Of a DNA stretch of 25,947 nt, positions 1 through 8,883 are shown piece by piece. The stretch covers positions 1 through 25,947 of IMG/VR virus record IMGVR_UViG_3300044641_000586; one strand, given 5' to 3'. Both the position numbers and the translations under genes were made by a program. The notes below the pieces were generated by a model. The model worked only from the letters and a program-made list of their open reading frames with translations. It was not told where the DNA came from and ran no database searches. How positions within the stretch are numbered: position 1 is the stretch's first letter; the number at the start of each line of letters is the position of its first letter. Source of the DNA: a virus (taxonomy: Duplodnaviria > Caudoviricetes).

Positions 1-189
1 GACGTCACTTTCTGTGTCCGCTGCATGGAAAACGACATTCCTGTCTGGGTAGACCACGAATTGTCGATGCACATCGGGCATATCGGAGTCAAGACATTCG
101 GATGGGACGACGTAAAGCATGGCCCTAACGACCTACAGCGATCTGCAAACCGCAATCGCAAACTATCTCGCAAGAAGCGATCTAAGTAG
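1..189 (+). CDS. 3' end of a glycosyltransferase family 2-like protein (partial)
   Basis: Frame 1 translated by hand: DVTFCVRCMENDIPVWVDHELSMHIGHIGVKTFGW...KKRSK*. This matches the (E)DxxFCxR...xVD...GHIG C-terminal motif of GT-A fold phage proteins. Not in the ORF track because it is 5'-truncated. Confidence 0.65.
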   Translation, partial: DVTFCVRCMENDIPVWVDHELSMHIGHIGVKTFGWDDVKHGPNDLQRSANRNRKLSRKKRSK

Positions 190-736
190 CCAGATCCCTG
201 ATTTCATTCGGCTGGCAGAGATTCGCTTACGTCGAGAGCTTCGCATCCGTCAGATGCTGAAGAACGTCACCACCTTGACCACGAGCGGTGATGCGACGGT
301 GCAGCTACCGTCAGACTTCCTTCAGATGCGTGACTTGTACATCGATGGAGACCCGCTTCAGCCGGTGATCTACCTCACTCCGTCATTGTTTACGAGCAAC
401 GCTCAGTCTACGTACTCTGGCAAGCCAACTCGCTACACGATCCTGGCAGACGAGTTCAAGTTCGCACCCTACCCTGACACTGCGTATACGCTGTATATGC
501 TTTACTACGCTTCGCCACCCTTCCTCTCGAGCACGCAGACGACGAACGTGTGGACAGCGAACTCGATGGACTGCCTGCTGTACGCATCTCTGGGTGAGGC
601 CGAGCCGTATCTTATGAACGACGCTCGATTGCAGACCTGGGCGACGTTGTATCAGCGTGGCATTAACAGTCTAACGAAGTCTGACGACGATGCTGAGTTC
701 AGTGCATCACCGTTGACGATGCGAGTGAGTCGATAA
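119..736 (+). CDS. Head-tail adaptor/connector protein
   Basis: 205 aa. N-terminal TYSDLQTAIANYLAR..IPDFIRLAE, central LPSDFLQMR and GKP.RY, F.PYPD.AY, and C-terminal LLYASLGEAEPYLMND are typical of podovirus adaptor proteins that follow the capsid genes. Confidence 0.75.
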   Translation: MALTTYSDLQTAIANYLARSDLSSQIPDFIRLAEIRLRRELRIRQMLKNVTTLTTSGDATVQLPSDFLQMRDLYIDGDPLQPVIYLTPSLFTSNAQSTYSGKPTRYTILADEFKFAPYPDTAYTLYMLYYASPPFLSSTQTTNVWTANSMDCLLYASLGEAEPYLMNDARLQTWATLYQRGINSLTKSDDDAEFSASPLTMRVSR

Positions 737-2451
737 TGGCGCTCGTACTAAAAGATCGCGTCAAAGAGACTACGACCACCCAAGGAACGGGAGCGATTAC
801 CCTGCTGGGTGCTGTGCAGGGGTATCAAGGTTTCTCGTCTATCGGGATTGGAAACACAACCTATTACTGCATCCAAGACACGACTGATTGGGAAGTTGGC
901 ATCGGTACGGTCGGGGCTGTGTCGCTGACCCGAGATACCGTTCTTGCAAGCAGCAACAACGGAAGTCTTGTAGGGTTTGGGTCTGGCGTTAAGGATGTGT
1001 TCTGTACTTACCCTGCTGACAAGTCAGTAAGCACTGACAGTCTGCCGGTGACGGGTGCGATCAGTAGCGCCTCGCCTAATGCCACGGTAAACGTCGCTAG
1101 TCTTACTGCTGCTGTCACGACTGCAACTGGCGACATTGCACTTATTCCGAAAGGGACAGGAGCAAAACTCTCGCAGATTCCCGATGGAACGGCGACTGGT
1201 GGAAATAAACGCGGAACGTATGCCGTTGACTGGCAGACCATTCGCACTGGTGCTACACAGGTGGCAAGTGGATCGCTTGCTGTAATCGGTGGTGGATACG
1301 CAAATATTTCGTCTGGGACAAACAGCACAGTTGCTGGTGGGAGTCAGTGCCAAGCGACACAAATTGGCGCGACAGTTGGTGGCGGCGGCGGGAATATTGC
1401 AAGCAGTTTTTATTCGACAGTAGCCGGTGGCGCTGACAACACTGCGAGTGCAACGCATACGACAATCGCTGGCGGCAGATTTAATACTGCATCGACCGAG
1501 TATGCAACTGTTGCCGGAGGCCGGGAAAACGCAGCGTCTGGTGGGTACTCATCGGCAGGTGGTGGTCGGCAAAACACCGCAAGTGCAGCTTATTCTGCGG
1601 TTGCTGGTGGCTATCTCAACGCTGCGTCCGGCGCCGGTAGTGCTATCGATGGCGGTCAGCAAAATGTCGCTTCATCTGCCTATTCATTTGTCGGTGGAGG
1701 GCTGACGAATACAGCATCTGCAAGTGCTGCCGTTGTTGCTGGTGGCGAATCAAACACTGCGTCTGGTGGGTATTCGTCCGTTGGCGGCGGGATCAGTAAT
1801 ACCGCTTCTGGGCTATGGTCTGGTGTTGGATCAGGGTTAAACAATATCGCAAGCGGTGGCATCGCTTATGTTGCCAGCGGTGGGGCAAATACTGCGTCTG
1901 GGGATTACTCTTTTGTTGCTGGTGGCTCAGACAACGTAGCGTCAGGGAATGTGTCTGCTGTGGTCGGTGGTGTTTACGGCACTACTCGAGGGATCATTGG
2001 CTATCTAGTCACTCCTGCTAGCAACACCCCGATTGAATCAAAAGCAGGGGTGCAGCAAGCCGCTTATCTTGTGCTCGGAGTGCAGACGACGAATGCCACT
2101 GCGACAAAGTTGCGTAGTAATACAAGTGCTGCTGATGCGACTAATCAGTTGATCTTGCAGAACAACAGTGCAATTTATTTCAAAGGTACTGTGATTGCCA
2201 ATGTTACGGCAGGCGGCGATACGAAATCCTGGACATTTGATGGGCAGATCAAGCGTGGTGCAAATGCTGCGGCTACGACACTGACAGGCTCAACGGTGAG
2301 CAGTCCGTATGGGGATGCTGGTGCGTCTACCTGGGCGGTATCGCTTGCTGCCGATACTACGAATGGTGGTCTTGCTGTAACGGTAACGGGTCAGGCTTCG
2401 ACTACTATTAGGTGGGTGTGCAAGCTGGAAACCACTGAAGTAGGCTTCTGA
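736..2451 (+). CDS. Tail fibre/spike protein with Gly-rich 15-residue repeats
   Basis: 571 aa. N-terminal LKDRVKETTTT.GTG..TL.GA...WEVGIGT virion-attachment module, followed by tandem GGxxNxASxxxSxVx repeats. Coupled to the upstream gene by TAATG. Confidence 0.75.
   Translation: MALVLKDRVKETTTTQGTGAITLLGAVQGYQGFSSIGIGNTTYYCIQDTTDWEVGIGTVGAVSLTRDTVLASSNNGSLVGFGSGVKDVFCTYPADKSVSTDSLPVTGAISSASPNATVNVASLTAAVTTATGDIALIPKGTGAKLSQIPDGTATGGNKRGTYAVDWQTIRTGATQVASGSLAVIGGGYANISSGTNSTVAGGSQCQATQIGATVGGGGGNIASSFYSTVAGGADNTASATHTTIAGGRFNTASTEYATVAGGRENAASGGYSSAGGGRQNTASAAYSAVAGGYLNAASGAGSAIDGGQQNVASSAYSFVGGGLTNTASASAAVVAGGESNTASGGYSSVGGGISNTASGLWSGVGSGLNNIASGGIAYVASGGANTASGDYSFVAGGSDNVASGNVSAVVGGVYGTTRGIIGYLVTPASNTPIESKAGVQQAAYLVLGVQTTNATATKLRSNTSAADATNQLILQNNSAIYFKGTVIANVTAGGDTKSWTFDGQIKRGANAAATTLTGSTVSSPYGDAGASTWAVSLAADTTNGGLAVTVTGQASTTIRWVCKLETTEVGF
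1258..1975 (+). repeat. Coding tandem repeat, about 45 nt / 15 aa period, about 16 degenerate units
   Basis: Units such as GGADNTASATHTTIA, GGRFNTASTEYATVA and GGRENAASGGYSSAG are visible in the translation. The DNA copies are divergent. Confidence 0.8.
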
Positions 2452-2753
2452 TGTTCGGGATTGCGTCATTCTCTGAAGTACCGTTTAGTTCGCTGCCGAC
2501 GAGCGGTGGGATATGGCAAGAGGTACGAGGCGACAGTAATGTTTGGACTCGTATTGACCCGACAGAATCGAGTTTTCTGGTCAGGGATAGTAACGGTGTG
2601 CAGTATCAGGCTTCGCTGATTGTTTTATCGAGTTCTGCTGTTCAGTTTGTTGTGCCGCGAGAAGTCAAAGACAGTAGCGGTACGACGTTTGTTCCGGTCA
2701 CTAACTTGTGGCAAGATTCTTCAACATCATCCAGTTCGTGGGTAGAGGTCTAA
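2451..2753 (+). CDS. Small structural adaptor protein (MFG..FSEVPFS N-terminus, Trp-spaced repeats)
   Basis: 100 aa, TGATG coupling. Contains three 14-aa V[KR]DSxGxxY/F-type repeats. Confidence 0.65.
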   Translation: MFGIASFSEVPFSSLPTSGGIWQEVRGDSNVWTRIDPTESSFLVRDSNGVQYQASLIVLSSSAVQFVVPREVKDSSGTTFVPVTNLWQDSSTSSSSWVEV

Positions 2754-2754
2754 C

Positions 2755-3006
2755 ATGGCTGCACCATTCTCAACGACACCCGATAGTTGTGCAGTCAACT
2801 GCATTGCTATCACTCCTGCCGACTCTGATCTGGTTGCGCCCGTTCGTGCGCTCTATATCGGCGGGTCGGGTAACGTGCGGATCAACGATACCGGCGGTGG
2901 AAGCGTGATCTTCTACAACGTCCCTGCTGGCGTCATCCTGCCGGTGATGGCTCGACGGGTCTGGTCAACCAACACGACTGCCAGCAACATTGTTGGACTG
3001 CTGTAA
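2755..3006 (+). CDS. Head-spike base protein, RcGTA Rcc01079-like
   Basis: 83 aa. AITPADSDL...RALYIGGSGNV......G.SVIFYNVPAG.ILPV.ARRVWST.TTA.NIVGL matches the Rcc01079 spike-base pattern along its whole length. Confidence 0.8.
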   Translation: MAAPFSTTPDSCAVNCIAITPADSDLVAPVRALYIGGSGNVRINDTGGGSVIFYNVPAGVILPVMARRVWSTNTTASNIVGLL

Positions 3007-3209
3007 TGTTGCTCGGTCTTAACCTGAAGCTGCCTAACCTCCGATCACTCGGGGGTTATGTCCCTGTTCCTGGCGCTCCGTTCATTGTGAAAGATAGTGC
3101 AGGGACGGATTACACGATTGGCCTGCCTGTTAGGGATGGGTCAGGGGTTGACTACACGGTTGCATCATCCGTCAAGACGAGTGACGGAACAGAATACTAC
3201 CCAATTTGA
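3006..3209 (+). CDS. Short head-spike anchor/adaptor (Rcc01080-like N-terminus)
   Basis: 67 aa. MLLGLNLKL N-terminus resembles the LGLGL anchor peptide of head fibres encoded after Rcc01079 homologues. It is followed by three 14-aa repeats. TAATG coupling. Confidence 0.6.
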   Translation: MLLGLNLKLPNLRSLGGYVPVPGAPFIVKDSAGTDYTIGLPVRDGSGVDYTVASSVKTSDGTEYYPI

Positions 3210-3217
3210 GGTAAATC

Positions 3218-4945
3218 ATGGCTGTCTACGAATCACTTCTTCTCAATACAGCAGTCCCGCAGATCCAAGCCGCACAAACGGGCGACAGCTATGTCATGGT
3301 GGTGAACGCCACCACTCCAGCACTCAGGATCACGCAGACGGGTACTGGCAATGCGCTAGAGGTGGAGGATAGCGCCAACCCGGATGCGACGCCGTTTGTG
3401 GTGAGTGCTGCGGGGGATGTTGGGATTGGGACGAATGCGCCTGGGGCAAAACTTCATGTTTCCGGCGGAAACATTCGTCTTGATAACAACCAAGGTGTGG
3501 AGTGGGGAGGCGGAAATAACTTTATCTATGGGAATGAAGCCACCGACTTTGTGGCGATTGCTACAAACGGCTCCGAACGCGCCCGTCTCGACTCCTCCGG
3601 CAACCTCGGTCTGGGGGTGACGCCTAGTGCGTCTGCTGCGCCAACGATTGAAGTAGGCAACGCAGGTAACTGCATTACATCTCGCGGAGCCGTTGACTTT
3701 CGCATTTTAAGCGGTGCGTTCCAAGACGGCGCATCTAGTTGGAAATACGCACAAAGTGGGCAACCTGTTGGAATGCTTCAAATGGTCAACGGATCATTTG
3801 GATTTAATAACGCCCCCTCCGGCACCGCAGGCGCAACTACATCTATTACGAGTGGGCTGGCTTATTCAGTAACTACGCTTGGCAGCACAACGCTAGGACA
3901 GTGGCAAGCCTTTTTTAGCGCGTTGACAGGTATTCCTTCTATTGGTCAGACCGTCACCGCAACCGCAACAGGAACCCTTGCTGGCGGCGCAACTGTAACG
4001 CAGATCATCTCCTTCACCACAGCAATGACGCTGGATGCTAGTGGGAATTTGGTGCTCGGTAACACCAGCGTCACTAGCGGAATGCGCCTTGATGTTCAGG
4101 GTGGCGATTTTAGAGTTGGTGATGATGCCAACCAAGGCTTTGAAGCTGGATATTCTGCCGGGGGTTCGCAAGCCTTTATACAAGGTTACAACAGAGGCAC
4201 ATCTGCATTTATTGACTTGGCAGTAACTGGGTCAAATATTAAATTTCTTTCCGGGTCATCAGCCACCGAACGCGCCCGTATCACCAGCGGTGGGTACTTT
4301 AAAGCGAGTAATACGGGGACTTATACTGGGGCTACAGGCGCGTATCATGAGTTCAATAACAACTTTAGTGATTACATAGTTTGGGCGAAAAACTCAGTAG
4401 CCTCTGGTCCATTTGGAATTCGCGTTCAATATTCTGCTGCGACGCCAAATGGCACAGGCAATGAATTTTTGGTTTGCGATGATTCAACCGCAACAAGAAT
4501 GACGGTCCGATCAAACGGTGGTATTGCCAACTATTCTGCCAACGATGTAAACCTTGCTTCTGACGAGCGACTAAAGAAAGATATTTCCCCTCTGGCAAGC
4601 ACTTGGAGCCGACTAAAAGCTGTAGAAGTTGTCAACTTCCGATACAAAGACTGCAACGAAGGCGACCCCGCTCTGTTTGGCGTGATTGCACAACAGGTGC
4701 AGCCAATCGTTCCTGAGTTGGTCGTAGTTACTCAACAAGCCAAGGATGCGGTAGAAGCCAAGGATGCGGTTCTTGATGCAGACGGAAATGTTGTTGAGCC
4801 TGCTGTTGCGGCGAAAGAAGCGACGCCTGAGTATTACGGAATCCGCGAGCAGCCGATGTACTGGCTTGCCATCAAAGCCCTGCAAGAAGCAATGGCCCGT
4901 ATTGAAACGCTTGAAGCCAAGATCGCCGCTCTGGAGGCCAAATAA
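3218..4945 (+). CDS. Fibre protein with C-terminal intramolecular chaperone (Peptidase_S74)
   Basis: 575 aa. GDVGIGT..P..KLHVSG and ERARI/MTLDASGNL fibre repeats; SDERLKKDI cleavage motif; GVIAQQVQ.IVPELV; C-terminal coiled coil IKALQEAMARIETLEAK. RBS GAGG upstream. Confidence 0.9.
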   Translation: MAVYESLLLNTAVPQIQAAQTGDSYVMVVNATTPALRITQTGTGNALEVEDSANPDATPFVVSAAGDVGIGTNAPGAKLHVSGGNIRLDNNQGVEWGGGNNFIYGNEATDFVAIATNGSERARLDSSGNLGLGVTPSASAAPTIEVGNAGNCITSRGAVDFRILSGAFQDGASSWKYAQSGQPVGMLQMVNGSFGFNNAPSGTAGATTSITSGLAYSVTTLGSTTLGQWQAFFSALTGIPSIGQTVTATATGTLAGGATVTQIISFTTAMTLDASGNLVLGNTSVTSGMRLDVQGGDFRVGDDANQGFEAGYSAGGSQAFIQGYNRGTSAFIDLAVTGSNIKFLSGSSATERARITSGGYFKASNTGTYTGATGAYHEFNNNFSDYIVWAKNSVASGPFGIRVQYSAATPNGTGNEFLVCDDSTATRMTVRSNGGIANYSANDVNLASDERLKKDISPLASTWSRLKAVEVVNFRYKDCNEGDPALFGVIAQQVQPIVPELVVVTQQAKDAVEAKDAVLDADGNVVEPAVAAKEATPEYYGIREQPMYWLAIKALQEAMARIETLEAKIAALEAK

Positions 4946-5253
4946 TGAACTGGAACATCTCCCAGCTTGATTGCAAAGTATCAGAAGGCGATCTGTCTGA
5001 CGTTTGCATCGTCGCCCACTGGCAGTGCTCGGACACCGTGGATGGCTACTCAGCATCCGTCTATGCGACCTGCTCGCTGCCTTCTCCTGATCCTGAGTCC
5101 TTTACCCCCTACGCCAGCCTGACCCAAGAGCAGGTTCTTGGCTGGATCTGGGCGAATGGGGTTGACAAGGACGCCACTGAAGCTGCGGTGGCACAGCAGA
5201 TTGAGAACCAGAAGAACCCTCCGATTGTGGCTCCGGCGCTACCCTGGGCATGA
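4945..5253 (+). CDS. Small fibre-associated protein (putative assembly chaperone)
   Basis: 102 aa. W.I..L...DV...AHW...F.PY..LT.EQVLGW...P..LPW pattern is commonly found directly after S74 fibres. Confidence 0.65.
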   Translation: MNWNISQLDCKVSEGDLSDVCIVAHWQCSDTVDGYSASVYATCSLPSPDPESFTPYASLTQEQVLGWIWANGVDKDATEAAVAQQIENQKNPPIVAPALPWA

Positions 5254-6899
5254 GAATAAATTTCGGTCAGTGGACACCAGACCGCCCGGGTATTGCCGAC
5301 AGTCTGGTTGAGGCAAAGAATGTCCTGCCTACGCTCGTAGGTTACGGGCCGATGCCTGCTGCTGCCGATTTCTCCAACGCTGCAACCGAAAATCTTCTGA
5401 CTTGTTTCGTTGGTCGCTGGGTGGCTGACACCGTTCTGTTCGGTGCGAGTGCTAACTATCTCTGGCGTTACTTCCCGACGAAAAGCGTCACGATTACCGG
5501 AGCAACGCAGGCTAACCCTTGCGTGATTACATCTGCCGGTCACGGGTTCCGCACTGGTGTACAGGTGACGATTTCCGGTGTTGTAGGCATGACTCAGTTG
5601 AACGGCAACACCTATACGATCACCAGGATCGATGCGAATACTTTCAGTCTAAACGGGGTGAACTCAACAGGGTTCACAGCGTACTCGTCTGGTGGTACAG
5701 CGGTAACGTACAAGTATCTGATGGACGTATCGCGTACTGCATCAGCGTACACGGCAACGACTCTCTGGACGTTCACGCAGTTCGGTCAGAAGGTGATCGG
5801 TGCCAACGGTGTAGACAAGCTGCAAGCGTGGACGGTCGGGTCATCCTCCAACTTTGCCGATCTTGCTGCTGCTGCTCCTACCGCACAGTTTGTGACGACG
5901 ATCCGAGACTTTGTAGTGTCAGGGAAAACGTCGAGCTATCCTAATCGCGTGTTCTGGTCGGACATCAACGACGAGACCGATTGGACTCCAGGCGCTGCAA
6001 GCCAATCCGACACACAAGACATTCCAGACGGTGGCGAGATCCGCGGCATCACTGGTGGGGAGTTTGGCATCGTGTTGCTGGAACGCTCCGTTGTACGGAT
6101 GACGTATGTTGGCGCTCCGCTGTTCTTCCAGTTTGATAACGTCACCTCTGCTCTTGGGTGTTATGAATCCCGTTCTGTCGTGCGGTACGGTGCGCTGACG
6201 TATTTCCTGTCTGACGATGGTTTTTACATGACTGACGGTCAGCAGGTGAAGCCTATCGGGAGCGAGCGGATAGATCGGTGGTTCTTCGACATCTGCGATC
6301 CCGGTAAATTTGACCAGATGTCGGCAGCGGTAGACCCGATCAACAAGACGGTAAGCTGGTGCTTTACAGACATCTTCGCCAACAAGCAGTTGCTGGTTTA
6401 TAACTGGTCTACGGACAAGTGGAGCCACGGAGACACGACTGCAAACTTCATCTCGACGATTGCCACCAGCGGGACGGACTTAGAAGCCTTGAGTGCTTTG
6501 TATCCGACGCTGGACACTGTTCCTGCAAGCCTAGACTCTCGCATTTGGGTGGGTGGGAAGCTGTTAGCCGGAGGGGTGAGCGGTGCTAAACTCATTTCGT
6601 TTGGTGGCTCGGCACTTACTGCTGAGTTGCAGACTGGCGATATTGAGGCGCAGGGTCTTGAGACTCTCGCAACGCTTGCAAGGCCGATCATTGACGGTGG
6701 ATCAGCGACCATTGCGATAGCGTCAAGAAAACGGCTGGACGGGAACATCAGCTATGCGAGTCCTGTTGCTGCTGATTCTGACAATCGCGTGTCTCTACGC
6801 AGTCGCGGGAAGTATCATCGTCTTTCTGTTGTACCAACTGGCAACTGGTCAAGCCTAGTCGGTACTGATCTCGATCTCGTTCCCTGTGGGGGTCGATGA
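5250..6899 (+). CDS. Tail hub/nozzle protein (P22 gp10-like DNA stabilisation protein) with inserted E1_FCCH-like domain
   Basis: 549 aa, beta-rich. FGQWTPDRP N-terminus, NRVFWSDIND..W, GC....SV, YFLSDDGFY..DG....PIG.E.ID and C-terminal R.RG.YHR motifs. Position precedes the ejection genes. Confidence 0.75.
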   Translation: MRINFGQWTPDRPGIADSLVEAKNVLPTLVGYGPMPAAADFSNAATENLLTCFVGRWVADTVLFGASANYLWRYFPTKSVTITGATQANPCVITSAGHGFRTGVQVTISGVVGMTQLNGNTYTITRIDANTFSLNGVNSTGFTAYSSGGTAVTYKYLMDVSRTASAYTATTLWTFTQFGQKVIGANGVDKLQAWTVGSSSNFADLAAAAPTAQFVTTIRDFVVSGKTSSYPNRVFWSDINDETDWTPGAASQSDTQDIPDGGEIRGITGGEFGIVLLERSVVRMTYVGAPLFFQFDNVTSALGCYESRSVVRYGALTYFLSDDGFYMTDGQQVKPIGSERIDRWFFDICDPGKFDQMSAAVDPINKTVSWCFTDIFANKQLLVYNWSTDKWSHGDTTANFISTIATSGTDLEALSALYPTLDTVPASLDSRIWVGGKLLAGGVSGAKLISFGGSALTAELQTGDIEAQGLETLATLARPIIDGGSATIAIASRKRLDGNISYASPVAADSDNRVSLRSRGKYHRLSVVPTGNWSSLVGTDLDLVPCGGR

Positions 6900-7678
6900 T
6901 GTTTCGTCGGCTACCTCAACAGGGTGGCAATCCGCGAGAGACTGCCGAAATCGTCAACCGGATTCTCGACGGTAAGGTCAACTCTGTCGGTCTACTTACT
7001 ATTGCGACCGGCAACGCCACTACAACCACCCTATACGACGCCAGGATCAGCCCTGACAGCATTATTCTGTTCGTCCCCTACTCTGCTGCTGCCATAGCAG
7101 ACGCAGTGCCTTACGGGGCGTTTCAAGACACTACAGACCAAACAGCGGCAAGCACTACCGCAGCCTATGCTGTTACGTTGAACACGACGGATTATGCCGT
7201 TGGTGTTGCGGTTGTCAGCAACTCGCAGATTACTGTTAGGTCTGCTGGCGTCTACAACATTCAGTTTTCGTTCCAGTTCGCCAACACCAATTCTTCAATC
7301 CAAGATGTTGACGTTTGGTTCCGCACGAACGGTACTGATGTTGCTGGGTCGAACAGTAAGTTTTCAGTCCCTAACCGTCATGGCGGGACGGACGGTCACC
7401 TGATTGCTGCGCTGAACTTTTACATCCAACTGGCAGCAGGCGATTACGTCCAGATCATGTGGGCGACAACTTCTACAGACGTGACGCTTGAGCAGTTGCC
7501 AGCGCAGACGAGTCCGACGCGACCGACTACGCCGAGCGCGATTGTCACGATCAACAAGGTGGACGAGTCATCCTCGTCGGACATTTACGCATCCAATCAA
7601 CTTCAGGGAGAATGCACAGTCAACCACTTTGCAAACGCAACAGCGGACAAAACTTATCGTTATGTCGTACTTGGCTAG
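6896..7678 (+). CDS. Virion structural protein with an internal C1q/TNF-like beta-sandwich
   Basis: 260 aa. Central PYGAFQD.T.Q...AY.VTLNTTD...ITV..AGVYNIQFS.Q...WFR.NG.DV..S...L.AGDYVQIMW resembles a C1q/BclA C-terminal fold. Confidence 0.65.
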   Translation: MMFRRLPQQGGNPRETAEIVNRILDGKVNSVGLLTIATGNATTTTLYDARISPDSIILFVPYSAAAIADAVPYGAFQDTTDQTAASTTAAYAVTLNTTDYAVGVAVVSNSQITVRSAGVYNIQFSFQFANTNSSIQDVDVWFRTNGTDVAGSNSKFSVPNRHGGTDGHLIAALNFYIQLAAGDYVQIMWATTSTDVTLEQLPAQTSPTRPTTPSAIVTINKVDESSSSDIYASNQLQGECTVNHFANATADKTYRYVVLG

Positions 7679-8039
7679 GTACGTAAAACCGGAGGAGTTA
7701 CGGTCAGTCTGGGATCAAGTTAGACCTGGGTTGTTGGAGGTCAAAGAGGCAAGTAACGAGCCTTGGATTCCAGAGGATGTTTACGCTGACTGCTTCGCTG
7801 GAAGGTCGATGTTGTTTCTGCTGGGTGATGGGTTCGGAGTAGTTCAACCGCAGGGCGATACGCTTCATGTTTGGTGCGGTTGGGGTGCGTGGATGATGGA
7901 TGACGGGATGGCTGAATTATTTGCGATTGCCAGACAGGGTGGAGCGCGTAAAATATCGTTTGACTCTAATCGTCCTGGCTGGCAGCGGGTGGCTAAAAAG
8001 TACGGATTTCGTCCGCGAAAGTGGATAGCAGAGGTGTGA
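7662..8039 (+). CDS. GNAT-like morphogenesis-associated protein
   Basis: Start trimmed to ATG 7662 (MSYLARY...), 125 aa. LHVW..W...AR..GA..I.F.S.R.GW.RV...YGF resembles the GNAT-like genes found just before ejection proteins. Confidence 0.55.
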   Translation: MSYLARYVKPEELRSVWDQVRPGLLEVKEASNEPWIPEDVYADCFAGRSMLFLLGDGFGVVQPQGDTLHVWCGWGAWMMDDGMAELFAIARQGGARKISFDSNRPGWQRVAKKYGFRPRKWIAEV

Positions 8040-8040
8040 C

Positions 8041-8883
8041 ATGGCAGGTGGTGGTGGTCAAACAGTCAGTCGGACGGAGCTTGATCCGACCCTTCAGCCT
8101 TTTGTGCAATACGGTTTGAGCGAGGCTCAACGGCTGTATCAAGGTCAACAGCCGCAGTATTACCCCGGTCAGACCTACGTCGGGCCGAGTGCTTATACTA
8201 CGGAAGCCATGCAAGCCGCAGCCGAGCGTGCAAGGATGGGTTCTCCGCTCACACAAGCCGCGCTAGGCCAGCAACAGGCAACGGTAGGGGGTCAGTACCT
8301 CGGTGGTAGTCCGTTCTTCCAAGGAGCCTTCCAAGCCGCTGCACGACCGCTTGAACAGACGTACATGGATGCCATCAACCGCGCTAGGTCTGCTGCATCG
8401 TCTGCTGGCCGATACGGGTCAGGTGCGATGGGTCAGTTAGAGGGTCGAGCAGAGGGTGCGCTTGCGACGGGTCTGTCGGATATTGCCGGGAAACTGGCTT
8501 ACGAAAACTACGCTCGTGAGCGAGGTTTGCAAGAAGCCGCAGCCACTCGTGCGCCTGCGATGGCTGAGACTCAATACGGCGACATTCAGCGGCTTGCCAA
8601 CGTCGGGGCGATGTCGGAGGACTATCAACAGCGGCAGATGGCAGCAGACATTGCTCGATTTAATTACGGGCAACTGGCACCCTATCAAGCCTTGCAGAGC
8701 TTCCTCGGGTCTGTGTATGGCGCCCCGTCAGGGATGGTAGCGACTCAGCCTGTAATCGGTAATCCCTTGCTAGGCGCTTTGGGCGGTGCTGCTGCTGGCT
8801 ACGCTCTCGGTGCCCCGCAGGGATACGGTGGCGCTGGTGCTGCTGCTGGCGGTCTGTTGGGTGGATTTGGGAGCCGAGCATGA
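8041..8883 (+). CDS. Internal virion/DNA ejection protein
   Basis: 280 aa, rich in Gln/Ala/Gly, with AGRYGSG motif and Gly-rich hydrophobic C-terminus. RBS GAGGT. Typical podovirus position. Confidence 0.65.
   Translation: MAGGGGQTVSRTELDPTLQPFVQYGLSEAQRLYQGQQPQYYPGQTYVGPSAYTTEAMQAAAERARMGSPLTQAALGQQQATVGGQYLGGSPFFQGAFQAAARPLEQTYMDAINRARSAASSAGRYGSGAMGQLEGRAEGALATGLSDIAGKLAYENYARERGLQEAAATRAPAMAETQYGDIQRLANVGAMSEDYQQRQMAADIARFNYGQLAPYQALQSFLGSVYGAPSGMVATQPVIGNPLLGALGGAAAGYALGAPQGYGGAGAAAGGLLGGFGSRA

Noticed and set aside
1258-1975. CRISPR-like or DGR-like repeat array
   Set aside because: The repeats are degenerate, in-frame 15-aa protein repeats. There is no constant DNA repeat with spacers, no adenine-specific TR/VR pair and no RT.
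5484-5705. Phage-encoded ubiquitin-like conjugation system
   Set aside because: Only the FCCH-like beta domain is present, inside a tail protein. No E1 adenylation, E2, JAB or Ubl genes.
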